IMG/VR virus record: IMGVR_UViG_3300021425_000028
Source of the DNA: an uncultured virus (IMG/VR IMGVR_UViG_3300021425_000028)
Lineage: Duplodnaviria > Heunggongvirae > Uroviricota > Caudoviricetes
Strand: one strand, 5' to 3'
Length of the DNA stretch: 64,000 nt
Shown here piece after piece: positions 48,688-59,557 of this stretch (position 1 is the first letter of the stretch; each line of letters starts with the position of its first letter). Made by a program: the position numbers and the translations under genes. The notes under the pieces are model-generated. The model was not told the DNA's origin, did no database searches, and worked only from the letters and a program-made list of their open reading frames with translations.

Positions 48688-51051
48688 ATGGAGAAATTGA
48701 CTAATGGTATGTTCCCTTCTGAATTTGTTTCAGTAAAAGAAAAAAGCACAGAAGGGTGGTTAAAGCAATACGCTCAAGCAGCAACTAGAAAAGGGGCGAC
48801 TTCAACGCCAGGTCGATACACTCAATTCAGAGAAAAGGTAATCCGCAACAATAAATACACTGCTGGGACACAAGACTCAAGTATTTATCAAACCAAAATA
48901 GAGGGCGAGAATAATGTAGCTAATCTTGCTTTAAACTACGACACAGCTAATCCTATTGGAACGTTTGTAAAGAATATTGTCGGCCAGCTTCAAAACCAAG
49001 ATTATAAAATTCAGTTTAAATCCATTTCTCCAGCCACGGCCACTAGATTTGATAAGGAATTTAAGAGGTTAAAAAGGATAAAGGCAATCTCAAAAAAGAA
49101 AGATCAGTTTGCTGAAGCAGGAGTAGATATTTCAAAATACATTGTTAATGAAGAGATTTTCGAAACTGAGGATGAAATAGAACTTCACTTAGAGTTAAAC
49201 CTAAAAGATGATGCGGCTCTAGCTCTTACGATTGCTACGCAGTATGTTCTTGACCTTAATAAATACGAAGATCTTGAAAGAAGAATACTTGGTGATATTG
49301 TAAAGCATAATTGGGGAGCTGTTTACGTTGAAGCAAGAGAAGATGGTCATTGTGTGATCAGAGTACCTCAATTAGAGAAATTGGTATTTGATTACTTTGA
49401 GGAAGAAGATGCTAGTGATTGTAGGTATATTGGTGAGGCCAGAAGCGTATCAATCAATGAGCTAAGAAAAATGGCTGATGGTCAGCTTACTAATAAAGAG
49501 CTTTTTGAAGCGGCTAGACAAGGAGCTGCTGGAAGTAGTTTCCCATATTCATTTGATCAGCTTCAGTATTACAAGAATGGAGATGCGAAAGGGATGCCAT
49601 GGGGGGGTATGAAAACAACAGTTTATGATTTGAAGATATTGTCTGTCAATGAAGAAACTGGATACAATGTTCCAGATAGAAGATCAGGTGGTTACAAGTT
49701 CATCAAATCAGAGAAGCTAAAGAAAGTTCCAGAAGGAGCGGAAAGAGTAACTAGAGAGATTGAAAATCAGTACAAGGTCAAATATATCCCTGCGCTTGAT
49801 AAAGTTATAGATTACGGTATTTGTTATTCTCCTAGAGAAAGAAAAGAAGGTAAGTGGTCAACAAACTATGAGTGTGACTACATAATGTTTGCTCAAGATA
49901 TTCATGAAATGGTTACTTCTTCAATTGTTGATCAATTGATTGGAAAGGCTGATGATTGGATTTTAATCAAGCTGAACATCATGAGAATGATTGCTCAAGC
50001 TCACCCTGCCGGTGTAGCCGTTGACCAAATGGCGGTAGCTGCTGCAGCAAATGGATTTGGTGAAGGAAATATTACTCCAAGAGGGTTGATTGATATTTTT
50101 ACCAAACGAGGCGTATTCATTTACAGCTCAATGGTTCATGGCCGTGCGCTTCAAAATCAGAATCCAATTCGAGACACAGCTGAATCTACATTGATTTCAT
50201 TAGAGAGGATGCAGAAGCAAATGTTCGATATTATCAGTGAAATGGAGATCATTTCAGGAGTTCCGTACAGCACAATTTCTGCTCCAGATAAGGACACAGC
50301 GGTTGGAAACAATAAAATTGCCCTTTCCAATAGAAATAATTCATTACGAAATATAGATCTAGCGTATAAAAACATTGCAAATAGAATGGGCAAGAAAATA
50401 GGTTCTTGCATACAAGACGCTGTTATCAGTGGAAAATCGATAATGGATTACGGCCAAGCTATTGGGTACATGAATTTAGATGCCATCAAAGCAACAAAAG
50501 CTATTCCTTCAGAGGAATTTGGAACAATGGTTGATACAGCTCCAGACGGACAAGACCAACAAGATGTAATCGATTCATTGAACCTAGCAATTCAGAACAA
50601 GTCAATTCGAGCAAGTATAATTCCTAGAATTAAGCAAGAGATCAGAAGATTCCCAGCAAGAGCAGCTAAAATGCTTGTAATTGAAGAAAGGCAATATGCT
50701 GATATTCAGAACAAAGCAGCTGACGAAAGATCAAGAGTATCAGCAGAAGCAATGGCTAAAGCAGGAAAAGATACTGAAATGGCTAAAGTCATGACTATTA
50801 ATGCTGAATGGGATCGTAGGGATGCTCACGTCACCTTAGAGTTTAGACATAAAAAAGGATTATCTCACCAAGACTACCTTGAAGAGGCAAGGATTCAATA
50901 CCAAAAAGACCAAGCCAAACTTGAACAGATTAAAGAGGCAATGGAGGGCGATAGTAATGAAGAGTCAGGAGAAGGTAATTATGCGTCTAAAGACATGCCT
51001 AAAGAGTCAGGTAATAGAATGCCAGCAATACCAGCTGTTGCTAGTCAATAA
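48688..51051 (+). CDS. Portal protein (crAss-like)
   Basis: 787 aa directly after terL; FPSEFV..K..WLKQY N-terminus, ISGV motif. Confidence 0.8.
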   Translation: MEKLTNGMFPSEFVSVKEKSTEGWLKQYAQAATRKGATSTPGRYTQFREKVIRNNKYTAGTQDSSIYQTKIEGENNVANLALNYDTANPIGTFVKNIVGQLQNQDYKIQFKSISPATATRFDKEFKRLKRIKAISKKKDQFAEAGVDISKYIVNEEIFETEDEIELHLELNLKDDAALALTIATQYVLDLNKYEDLERRILGDIVKHNWGAVYVEAREDGHCVIRVPQLEKLVFDYFEEEDASDCRYIGEARSVSINELRKMADGQLTNKELFEAARQGAAGSSFPYSFDQLQYYKNGDAKGMPWGGMKTTVYDLKILSVNEETGYNVPDRRSGGYKFIKSEKLKKVPEGAERVTREIENQYKVKYIPALDKVIDYGICYSPRERKEGKWSTNYECDYIMFAQDIHEMVTSSIVDQLIGKADDWILIKLNIMRMIAQAHPAGVAVDQMAVAAAANGFGEGNITPRGLIDIFTKRGVFIYSSMVHGRALQNQNPIRDTAESTLISLERMQKQMFDIISEMEIISGVPYSTISAPDKDTAVGNNKIALSNRNNSLRNIDLAYKNIANRMGKKIGSCIQDAVISGKSIMDYGQAIGYMNLDAIKATKAIPSEEFGTMVDTAPDGQDQQDVIDSLNLAIQNKSIRASIIPRIKQEIRRFPARAAKMLVIEERQYADIQNKAADERSRVSAEAMAKAGKDTEMAKVMTINAEWDRRDAHVTLEFRHKKGLSHQDYLEEARIQYQKDQAKLEQIKEAMEGDSNEESGEGNYASKDMPKESGNRMPAIPAVASQ

Positions 51052-51505
51052 AAATAGCCTGGCATTCGTTTGCTAAAACATCGTACTTAAATGTATATGC
51101 CCACATACCTAAAGAGTTGTAAACTTTTACATGAATAGTAACCTCTCCTTCAGGAAGTGATAATATCAGGTCTCTTGGATCTGAGCAGTCATTAGGAGCT
51201 TCATCATGAGTTAATATGCTACGATCAGACTCAACTCCATCATAAGTAATTGTGAAGCTTATACCTGGTTGGTCTGTCCAAAACAAAACCGACCCTTCAT
51301 AAGAACAAGTGCCATCATCTTTAGATGCTGCACTATTGTAATTAGTAGACGTTGGATCAGTGCAACCTAAGATATATTCACATGAACCATCGTTTTTTGT
51401 TGCTGTCTCATTGTAATTATATGCATCGGGATCAGTGCATCCTTTTTTATTACATGATGATAATGAACAAAGTGTGACAGCCGCTAAAAATATAGAAGTT
51501 TTCAT
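51041..51505 (-). CDS. Lipoprotein with two GCTDP..NYN..A..DGxC repeats
   Basis: Lipobox LSSC; inverted orientation; TATATTTG promoter at 51532-51539 (-). Confidence 0.75.
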   Translation of the reverse strand: MKTSIFLAAVTLCSLSSCNKKGCTDPDAYNYNETATKNDGSCEYILGCTDPTSTNYNSAASKDDGTCSYEGSVLFWTDQPGISFTITYDGVESDRSILTHDEAPNDCSDPRDLILSLPEGEVTIHVKVYNSLGMWAYTFKYDVLANECQAIFID

Positions 51506-51613
51506 TGTAATTAGATTTAATTGGTTACGGCAAATATACACTACTTTTCAAGAACTAAGATTTCAACACAAAAATCATATCTTTGAAAGGTATTTGTAAA
51601 CGCCCATTATCAC

Positions 51614-52240
51614 ATGAATCCTTGCATATATTACGCTCAAGAATTACTTAAAATTCTCTATCCAAATACGACCATTGACGCAAAAATGGGTGAACAAGCA
51701 GCTCTAGCAGCTGTTGGTCAGGCGTGTGATGAAGTTAGAAAAAGACAGTACTTACAATCACTAGGAGAGGGAGACATGATCCCATACGGATGGTTAAGCC
51801 ATTTTGGAGAGCAGAATGATAAGTCTGTTGAAATTCTGAAAACAAATAAAGGCGAGTATTATTGTGAGCTTCCGGCAAGAGTGATTCAGATTAATGATGT
51901 TGGGGGTATTCGAACAGTTTATCCAACTGGATGTCCACAGAATTTAATCTATCCAACTCCAACTTCTTTTCGTGGGATGTTCAACACTTCTGAAGTAAAA
52001 AACTTAGGAGGTAGGATGGGGTTCAGCCCAAAGCAAGACCGATTATACTTTTTACAAGACATGAGCAAGTATAAGTCTGTAGATATGGACTTGTTTGCTC
52101 AAGCACAAAGCTTAGATGAAGACGATCCTTTTCCAGCTGACGATTCAATTATAAATCTCATTATGGAAAGGGCTACACAACTTTGGGGAACACAAAAGCA
52201 GATTCCTGCTGATCCTGTTAATAACGGAATATCACAATGA
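51614..52240 (+). CDS. Tail ring/tubular protein
   Basis: Y-C-E-L-P..G-I..V and D-D-P-F-P motifs; position after the portal. Confidence 0.55.
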   Translation: MNPCIYYAQELLKILYPNTTIDAKMGEQAALAAVGQACDEVRKRQYLQSLGEGDMIPYGWLSHFGEQNDKSVEILKTNKGEYYCELPARVIQINDVGGIRTVYPTGCPQNLIYPTPTSFRGMFNTSEVKNLGGRMGFSPKQDRLYFLQDMSKYKSVDMDLFAQAQSLDEDDPFPADDSIINLIMERATQLWGTQKQIPADPVNNGISQ

Positions 52241-52983
52241 TCGGAATACCATTAGCGGAAGTAGTTGACGGCTACATGTTAAAGCTTGGGAATGATAGCC
52301 CTAGAAAGTTTTCATATTATTTAGCCTATGCCAAGGCTGGATTAGATATTTTCCATAGACAAGTCAACGGAACTTTAAAGGCCGAGCAAATTATTCTTAA
52401 CCAAAATAATTCAACCGCGCCATTACCAAATGGTTGTGTGAAGATTGCGCATGTTTACATCATCGATAGATTTGGGTCGATCAGTGAATTGAGTGAGTCG
52501 AATAATATTCGAATTGCTAATGATAATTGTGGAGACCCAGTATCCTTAAGTGGAGATAGTGGATTTGGGTCTAATGGAAATGGATCTGGGATACGCCACC
52601 ATCTAAACGGTGAAAACAAAGGTGCTTATTACGGAAATGGTGGTCGCTCTGCTGCTGGACAGTATCGAGTAAATCAAGAACTTAATAGGATTGAAGTATC
52701 ATCCGGTGTAGGCGCTGGAATACTTGTAGTTGAGTATATCGGAAGGCCTGAAAGAGTGGGAGAAGACTTTATGGTTCATCCATACTTAACTGAGGCATTG
52801 GAGGAATACATTCACTACGCAAGTATAAAATTCAAAAGAGGAGTTCAACTACAAGAAAGAGATTACTGGGATAACAAGTGGGTTATGAGTATGCTTCAAG
52901 GAAAGGTAGATATTTATGGCATGACGCAAAAGCAAGTAGAATACGCCATGGCTAAAAACACAATTTTAACACCAAAAATCTAA
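52237..52983 (+). CDS. Tail ring/tubular protein
   Basis: LPNGCVKI..ILVVEYI..VHPYLTEALEEYI. Confidence 0.6.
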   Translation: MIGIPLAEVVDGYMLKLGNDSPRKFSYYLAYAKAGLDIFHRQVNGTLKAEQIILNQNNSTAPLPNGCVKIAHVYIIDRFGSISELSESNNIRIANDNCGDPVSLSGDSGFGSNGNGSGIRHHLNGENKGAYYGNGGRSAAGQYRVNQELNRIEVSSGVGAGILVVEYIGRPERVGEDFMVHPYLTEALEEYIHYASIKFKRGVQLQERDYWDNKWVMSMLQGKVDIYGMTQKQVEYAMAKNTILTPKI

Positions 52984-53176
52984 TGGCAAATTACTTCGAA
53001 AAGCTTATTAAGACACAGCATGAAGTAACTGGAAACAAGAATTTAAAGAAAGTTTTTCCAGAGATTTTAGATAAGCCAGCCGCTGAAAAAATTAACAGCG
53101 AGGCAATGCGTAAGTATAAGGAGCAGTACGAAGATGGTGAGTTGGAAGAATTGGAATCTAAGTTAGTACAGAAGTA

Positions 53177-56100
53177 ATGGGGGTAGATAAAAGAGTATTT
53201 GTTGGCGAAGGAGGTTCGGGTCAGAATAAAGACGTGGATGTTCGGTTTATTACAAATGGATTTTATCTTGATGGGCGAAATATGTCCGTTGGAATACTTG
53301 GAAGCCAGTATGTTGTCCACAACATAGAGGGCAATGTTTTAAAGTCATTTACTCTTGGATCTGGAAGCAATATGTGTATTGGCGCTCACGATGATAAGTT
53401 AAACGACTCATTATATTACTTTGTGTGGAATGGGCTTGGAAACCATAAAATTCTAAGATACAAGTACTCTGCAAGTGTAGACACCATTGAAGAAATTGCT
53501 GGTGGAGAAGGCCTGAACTTCAACTTTTTATATCTAATCGTTAGTATAGTTGTAACCGATAATAAAATTTTAGGGTGGACTGATGCATTTAATGCGGAAG
53601 TGTGTGCGATTGATCTAACAGATTTTGCATCATTACCTAGTCCACTAACAACAGCCGATCGATATAGAATTGAACTAGCCAAAGCCCCAGAACCAAACGC
53701 TTTAATAGCTGAGTTTTTTAGCGAACAAACTAGACAATCAAACGGGCTAAAAAATAATCTTTACAAGTTTAAGACAAGATATGTGTATGCTCTGAATATG
53801 AGAAGTGGATTCTCAAAGCATACTAAAATGCCAGTCCCAGACATTGGATCTAATACAGAGGTTTACACTTCAGGAGGATCTTCTTACAATAATGCAAACA
53901 ACGCGATATTTATAAGGGTAGACGCTCCTGATTTAACGGGAGTAGAAAAAATAGAGCTATTCGTGCAATTTGGTCAGGACGATAATACCATGAGTGATTG
54001 GTATCGATTCTTTGTTTTTGATGCGTCATACGCGCCACAATCGATTGTATTTACTGGAGAAGAGGCATTAGATGTTACTGATCAAACAGAAGCCTTACAG
54101 CCGTATTCATTTGTTCCAAAATATGTTCAAGCAATTGAGGAGCTTCCAAGTAATGTTTGGGCGTTCTTTAACTTCACTGAAAATATAAACGCAAACATAA
54201 CTCCAAATGTTTCTGTTTATCCAACATATAATCAGAGAGTTCCATCCGCATCAGCTACTATAACAGGAACAGCAAATAATACACCGGTCGCCACTACAGG
54301 AACTTATCGAAATGTAAATTTTGATATTCTTCTTAATTCTTCGTTAAACTACAAAAGGTTTACGATAGGGGGAACATTTGGAGCTGGGCAGAAATTAGTG
54401 ATAAATCTTGCTATAACCCATACGGGGACAATGCCATTTACTTCTGCAGCTATTACGAGATCAGTTTATTATGTATGTAAAAAAGGAGATACGTTAGCAA
54501 TAGCTGCGTCAAAATTAGCGGATGCCATAAACGCTGTGGATACGAGAGATAGAGGTTATGGAGGTGTAATTGCTTATTATCCTGGATCTGGAAATATCAT
54601 TAGAATCATATATGGGACAAACCAATTAAACACACCATACACACCAACAAGCGCGGTAACTATTACTGGAGCAGGGTCAGGTAGTGTGTCGTATTCTTTT
54701 CCAGGATCAACACTTGATGTTAATGGTGCTAAAGTGAGTCTTAAACGATACGCACAACACCCGTTTGCAGGACAGTATGAAGATTCTAAAGGAAGATTAA
54801 GCCCAGCAATTCCATTCGGAGAAATGTATGCGGCTGGGTATGACACTACAACAAACAAGGGTGAGGTAACGGCAACAATGGTTGTTAATCATATTCCTCC
54901 AGCTGATGCGGTTAGGCTTAATGTGTTATATGCTGGAAATCAAACTATTGGTAGCTTCTTTCAATTTTATTCTCAAGCATGGCAGGTAATTGAAGTAACT
55001 TATGATTCAGGAACAGGAACATTGCCACCGCTATTAGCAGGTGTGATAGGCAGTGTGACTGGAGCAACAGGGTTTATTATTGATTTTAAAGAGGGTGGGA
55101 ATACTGATGGCACATTGTTAATTGCGGTTACTTCTGGAGCTTTTCTTGACACGGACACCCTGGAATATAATACAACAGCTTGGACTGCAGACATTCCAAC
55201 TGATGGGATTACAGATAATAATGTAGCTATTGTGTCATTAGGTAGAACGTACCGGGCAAATCAAGATGCTTACGGAATAAGAAGTGATTACAGTTTTGTA
55301 GATGGTGATAAAGTAAGATTTCTTTCTGTAGTTGATCCAAGTACGGGAACGTATACTTATTTCACTGACTCAAAATCAGTAGATATTAATAAGGTTGACA
55401 CTAATTTTGCTTACATTAATTATGACATTTCTAATCTAAGCACTGCGGTTACAAGCTCACTAGCAGTATATGTTGAATTTTGGAGGCCAAAGCAAAGTTT
55501 CGGAAATCGCTTGTTTTATCAAACAGGATTATCATTTCCAATAGTTGGTGGATACCATACCGGTAATACGCAAAATCAAACGGCAAGTCAAGGAGCAATT
55601 ATTGAGCTTTATAATGTAGGAGACGTCTACTTAAGAAGTAGTCCTTCGGTTACAATATCATCTACAACAGCAAAAATAGAATCTGCGAGTATCTATGAAA
55701 CTATTCCAGTCAATGTTTCGCCAATAGGCGCTCCAGCCGTTGTTGATACTGTGAGCTTACAGGAGTTCAATAGTGAGACCGGAGTTTACTACACACAACC
55801 ATATGTGGCCGATACAGAGTTAAATGGACTTGCAGTTGTGCTTGGATCAAGCTTTAGGGAGTATGATCGTAAATATGGAAGTATTGAAAGGGTTAGATCA
55901 AGAGACAGAAGTCTTACGGTTTGGTTTGAAGATAGAGTTGGGCTGGTTGGAATCCTTCAAGAGTTAAGTCTTCAGGATAACGGGCAAGTTACTTACCAAA
56001 CAAATGCCATCCTTAACAACATGCAGTATTATGCTCATGACGGTGGTATTAGTGGGGCATTCGCATCAATGGTTGTAAATGGAAACAGAAACTACTACCT

Positions 56101-57046
56101 AGACCCTAAGAGAGCTAGTGTAAATAGACTAAGCCAAGATGGAGTTACTGAATTGAGTAGGGTTTACAAGATGTCAAGTGAGTTTTTCAGGGTATTAAAT
56201 CCGATTAAGAAAAACAACGAGATACCAAGGATTATAGGAGCTTACGATGATAAGCATGATACTTATAATTTCACCATTCAGTTTTATAGAAATAGCTCAG
56301 TGACGGCAAGTAGTTCTGGAAGATTATTACTTCAAGGAAAAGGATTTGATACAGATTCAGATCTAATAGTAGATGCTGTATTATTTAATGGGACAAACTA
56401 CTATAATGTGCCAGTATTAAGCACGTTGATCAGTGGCGCAAATGAAATCGAGATTTATTATGATAATTCGATAGTAAACGCGGCTACTGTTACTGAGGTT
56501 TGGATACGATATGCGGGGGATACATACTCATTCAGTGAAGGCGCAAAAGGATTTACCAATCAATGGGACATGACGCCCGATTTTATGGTAGATGCTGGAG
56601 TAGATTGGGCATCATTTAAAGATGGAGAGATCTGGGTTCAGAATAAGAATGGAAATGGCGAATATAACTACTTGTTTGGACAAGAGGTTGAAAGCTATGT
56701 AGTTGTTCCGTTTAATGGAAGCCCTTCATCGATTAAGTTGATGGAAAACTTAATTCAAGAAGCAAGTGAGTTGTGGTCAACTGATGTATTGGGAGATATT
56801 TACACTCCGGAAGGACAACAGACATACATGGTTGACGCGCATTGGGAGGAGCTTTTAAGAGGTCAATTTAGCGCTGCTATACTGAAAGATTACAACACCC
56901 CAAATGTTGACTCAAATTATTCTATTTTTGAAGGAAACGATATGCAGTCATATGCATTACTATGTAAGTTTAAAAATTCAAGTCATAATGCGGCTAAATT
57001 ATTCGCAGTAAACTTGATTACAACTGAAGCAAAATTAACAACATAA
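53177..57046 (+). CDS. Tail stabilization/nozzle (muzzle) protein
   Basis: 1289 aa; NKDVD.R..NG.Y.DG.N start, YGSI..YLDPKR..RLSQDGVTELS, GAYD. Confidence 0.75.
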   Translation: MGVDKRVFVGEGGSGQNKDVDVRFITNGFYLDGRNMSVGILGSQYVVHNIEGNVLKSFTLGSGSNMCIGAHDDKLNDSLYYFVWNGLGNHKILRYKYSASVDTIEEIAGGEGLNFNFLYLIVSIVVTDNKILGWTDAFNAEVCAIDLTDFASLPSPLTTADRYRIELAKAPEPNALIAEFFSEQTRQSNGLKNNLYKFKTRYVYALNMRSGFSKHTKMPVPDIGSNTEVYTSGGSSYNNANNAIFIRVDAPDLTGVEKIELFVQFGQDDNTMSDWYRFFVFDASYAPQSIVFTGEEALDVTDQTEALQPYSFVPKYVQAIEELPSNVWAFFNFTENINANITPNVSVYPTYNQRVPSASATITGTANNTPVATTGTYRNVNFDILLNSSLNYKRFTIGGTFGAGQKLVINLAITHTGTMPFTSAAITRSVYYVCKKGDTLAIAASKLADAINAVDTRDRGYGGVIAYYPGSGNIIRIIYGTNQLNTPYTPTSAVTITGAGSGSVSYSFPGSTLDVNGAKVSLKRYAQHPFAGQYEDSKGRLSPAIPFGEMYAAGYDTTTNKGEVTATMVVNHIPPADAVRLNVLYAGNQTIGSFFQFYSQAWQVIEVTYDSGTGTLPPLLAGVIGSVTGATGFIIDFKEGGNTDGTLLIAVTSGAFLDTDTLEYNTTAWTADIPTDGITDNNVAIVSLGRTYRANQDAYGIRSDYSFVDGDKVRFLSVVDPSTGTYTYFTDSKSVDINKVDTNFAYINYDISNLSTAVTSSLAVYVEFWRPKQSFGNRLFYQTGLSFPIVGGYHTGNTQNQTASQGAIIELYNVGDVYLRSSPSVTISSTTAKIESASIYETIPVNVSPIGAPAVVDTVSLQEFNSETGVYYTQPYVADTELNGLAVVLGSSFREYDRKYGSIERVRSRDRSLTVWFEDRVGLVGILQELSLQDNGQVTYQTNAILNNMQYYAHDGGISGAFASMVVNGNRNYYLDPKRASVNRLSQDGVTELSRVYKMSSEFFRVLNPIKKNNEIPRIIGAYDDKHDTYNFTIQFYRNSSVTASSSGRLLLQGKGFDTDSDLIVDAVLFNGTNYYNVPVLSTLISGANEIEIYYDNSIVNAATVTEVWIRYAGDTYSFSEGAKGFTNQWDMTPDFMVDAGVDWASFKDGEIWVQNKNGNGEYNYLFGQEVESYVVVPFNGSPSSIKLMENLIQEASELWSTDVLGDIYTPEGQQTYMVDAHWEELLRGQFSAAILKDYNTPNVDSNYSIFEGNDMQSYALLCKFKNSSHNAAKLFAVNLITTEAKLTT

Positions 57047-57050
57047 AGAA

Positions 57051-58049
57051 ATGGGATTTGATTGGAAAAAAGCAGCTGGTACAGGAATAGATTTGTTTTC
57101 TACTGGAATTACCGCAGGAGTTATTCCAGCCGCCTCATACGCATTAACTGGACAATCATTAGGCGCTAATATTATGGGAGATTCATATGCCCCAGAATTA
57201 GGCGATCACCCGAACCAAAAAAAGAAAAGCGCAGCTTCTGATTTAGAGGCTTATATGCAAGAATTAGCTGACTCACAGCAAAGCAAAGCTGATGAGATAT
57301 ATGCTGAACTTGAAGCGCAAGGGCGGCCAGAGATGGATGCTCAAGTCCAAAGAAATCAGGAGATTGTAGATATTGCTAGACAAATGGCCGACACTGGAAT
57401 GCCAGAGGCGCAAAGACAACAAGCGCAACAACAAATTGAAAGAAGTGGGGCAAACGCTATGGCAGCAGCTTCAAGTAGAGGTGCTGGAATGCAAATGCTT
57501 GCTGGCATACAAGGAAATCAAAATCAAGCATTCGGAAATCTAGCCGCACAAGATGCTATGATGGCTAATCAAAATCAGCAAGGATACATGTCTGCTCTTG
57601 GTAATTTAGGGGCGGCTGAAGGAATGGCTGAGCAGTATAATCAATTGCTGCCATACGAGCAGCAATTAGCGTATGCTCAAGGTCTTGAAGGTAGTGCTAT
57701 ACAAAACCAGATGGGAGTATATAACCAAGCTTATATGAACTCAGCTGCAAATCAACAGCAGCTTATGGATATGGCTGGAATGGTTTTAAATGGTGGAGGA
57801 ACAGTCGCGTCTATTGCCTCTGATATAAGATTAAAAGAGAATATTAGTCATACGGGGTACAGTAAAAATGGCATTCCTATTTATCAATGGAGATATAAAG
57901 GCGACAATCCAAAAACTTACTCTGGAACAATGGCTCAAGATCTATTGGAATTAGGATATGAGGATGCTGTAGTTACTATGGAAAGTGGTTTCTTTGCTGT
58001 TGATTATTCAAAAATAGATGTAGATTTCAAAACAATTTCTAATGGCTAA
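57051..58049 (+). CDS. Gln/Ala-rich ejection/pilot-like protein with C-terminal S74 chaperone domain
   Basis: SDIRLKENI..GIPIYQWRY..GTMAQDL..VDYSKIDVDF. Confidence 0.7.
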   Translation: MGFDWKKAAGTGIDLFSTGITAGVIPAASYALTGQSLGANIMGDSYAPELGDHPNQKKKSAASDLEAYMQELADSQQSKADEIYAELEAQGRPEMDAQVQRNQEIVDIARQMADTGMPEAQRQQAQQQIERSGANAMAAASSRGAGMQMLAGIQGNQNQAFGNLAAQDAMMANQNQQGYMSALGNLGAAEGMAEQYNQLLPYEQQLAYAQGLEGSAIQNQMGVYNQAYMNSAANQQQLMDMAGMVLNGGGTVASIASDIRLKENISHTGYSKNGIPIYQWRYKGDNPKTYSGTMAQDLLELGYEDAVVTMESGFFAVDYSKIDVDFKTISNG

Positions 58050-59556
58050 AGGAGGATTCGGTGCATATAGTAGTGTTCCAAGAAGTTCGGGTATGGGGCA
58101 AGGCGCTGCTCAAGTAGTTAATCCTGTAGCTCCAATAGCTACAGACTTTACAGGATTGAATCAGGGTATTCAAAATCTTGGAGCTGGGGTTATGGACATG
58201 AAAGCTCAAGACGCGGCCAAGAAAAAAGCTGAAGCTCAAAAGCTAAAAGATGCGCAGGATCTTAATGCTGGCACAACTCCTTATTATCAGAATGCCTTTA
58301 ACGCACATAAGGATAAAGTAATGCAAGGTGTTTTAAATTCAGAAGATGAAAATATCGACCTTGATAAAGTTGCAGCTGATTTAGGAAGATTTGGAAAGGA
58401 TATAGAGGCGGCAGAAAAATTGGAAGTTTCTATGTTGAAACAAGCTCAGCAAGATGAAAATCAAATGGTAAGGGATGCGAATGGAAATTGGATTCCGTTT
58501 CAAGAAGTTATGTTTGATCGATTGGCTACTGCGCCTACAGAGGAAGAATTAGCTTTAGCAGATGAGGGTTTATTTGCTCAAAATAGAATGCTTGAGTTGA
58601 ATGACTTACAAAAGTCAACGCTTAAAAGAGATCCTTTATATGATCCTGAGTTTAAAATCAGCGATACATTTATGGACTACGCAAAGAATAGCGCAAGCTC
58701 AAAAGCAGTTATTCAAAAGGTAATGAATGACAACGATGGAAACTATGACTTTAAGAAGGTAATTACCGAGCTTCCACTGGAAGAAAGGAAAAAATTTATT
58801 GATAAGGTTAAAGACTCAGACCAATTAATGACTGAGTGGGTTACTCAAAGAGCAATCGCCACGAATCAAAAGATTCCTAACATTAATGACCCTAATGAAA
58901 GAGCGTTAATAGAAGATGCTTGGTATGAAGAGGTAGATAAGATTGATAGTCGATTACCGGCTACTAGAAAGGAGTCCGGAAGTGTTGTTAAATCAGTTGA
59001 TGGACAACAGAGGGGTAATAATAAGCAGACTGATCAATATCGAGTGATTGAACTTGAAAATGAAAACTTTGCTACGCCTAAAGATTTTGAAAATCAAGTA
59101 GAAAAAGTAGGCAGTTTAATCTCAAAATCAAATTCAGAAGACTTTACTGAAGATGACGCAAAACTTCTAAAAGAAAGCCAGAATCTTCTAAAGAAGATGA
59201 AGTCAACATCTTGGGGATTTGATACTGAGTCAGCTAAAACAACGTCATTGGTAAATGATAAAACTCCAGACAAAGAAATTCCTGTTTCGATTGGAAATTA
59301 TACTGGAGGATTAAAGAGTATAACAGTCGATAAAAACGGCAAAGGATACGCAGTCATAAACACCAAAGTTTCATATCGAAAAGGAAGTACAGCAGATGAT
59401 GGAACAGCAACAAGTAGAACAATTATTCAGCCATTACCAGTAGAAATTTCGCCTAATGATGTAAAAATGATTGAGGAAAGGTATAATGTCAAAGTAATGC
59501 CTGATGGTAGTGTAGAAGAAACAACAACAGAAGATTTTAACTGGGGGGATCAATAA
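58042..59556 (+). CDS. Putative internal virion (ejection) protein
   Basis: Position between pilot-like and large virion genes. Confidence 0.5.
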   Translation: MAKGGFGAYSSVPRSSGMGQGAAQVVNPVAPIATDFTGLNQGIQNLGAGVMDMKAQDAAKKKAEAQKLKDAQDLNAGTTPYYQNAFNAHKDKVMQGVLNSEDENIDLDKVAADLGRFGKDIEAAEKLEVSMLKQAQQDENQMVRDANGNWIPFQEVMFDRLATAPTEEELALADEGLFAQNRMLELNDLQKSTLKRDPLYDPEFKISDTFMDYAKNSASSKAVIQKVMNDNDGNYDFKKVITELPLEERKKFIDKVKDSDQLMTEWVTQRAIATNQKIPNINDPNERALIEDAWYEEVDKIDSRLPATRKESGSVVKSVDGQQRGNNKQTDQYRVIELENENFATPKDFENQVEKVGSLISKSNSEDFTEDDAKLLKESQNLLKKMKSTSWGFDTESAKTTSLVNDKTPDKEIPVSIGNYTGGLKSITVDKNGKGYAVINTKVSYRKGSTADDGTATSRTIIQPLPVEISPNDVKMIEERYNVKVMPDGSVEETTTEDFNWGDQ

Positions 59557-59557
59557 G

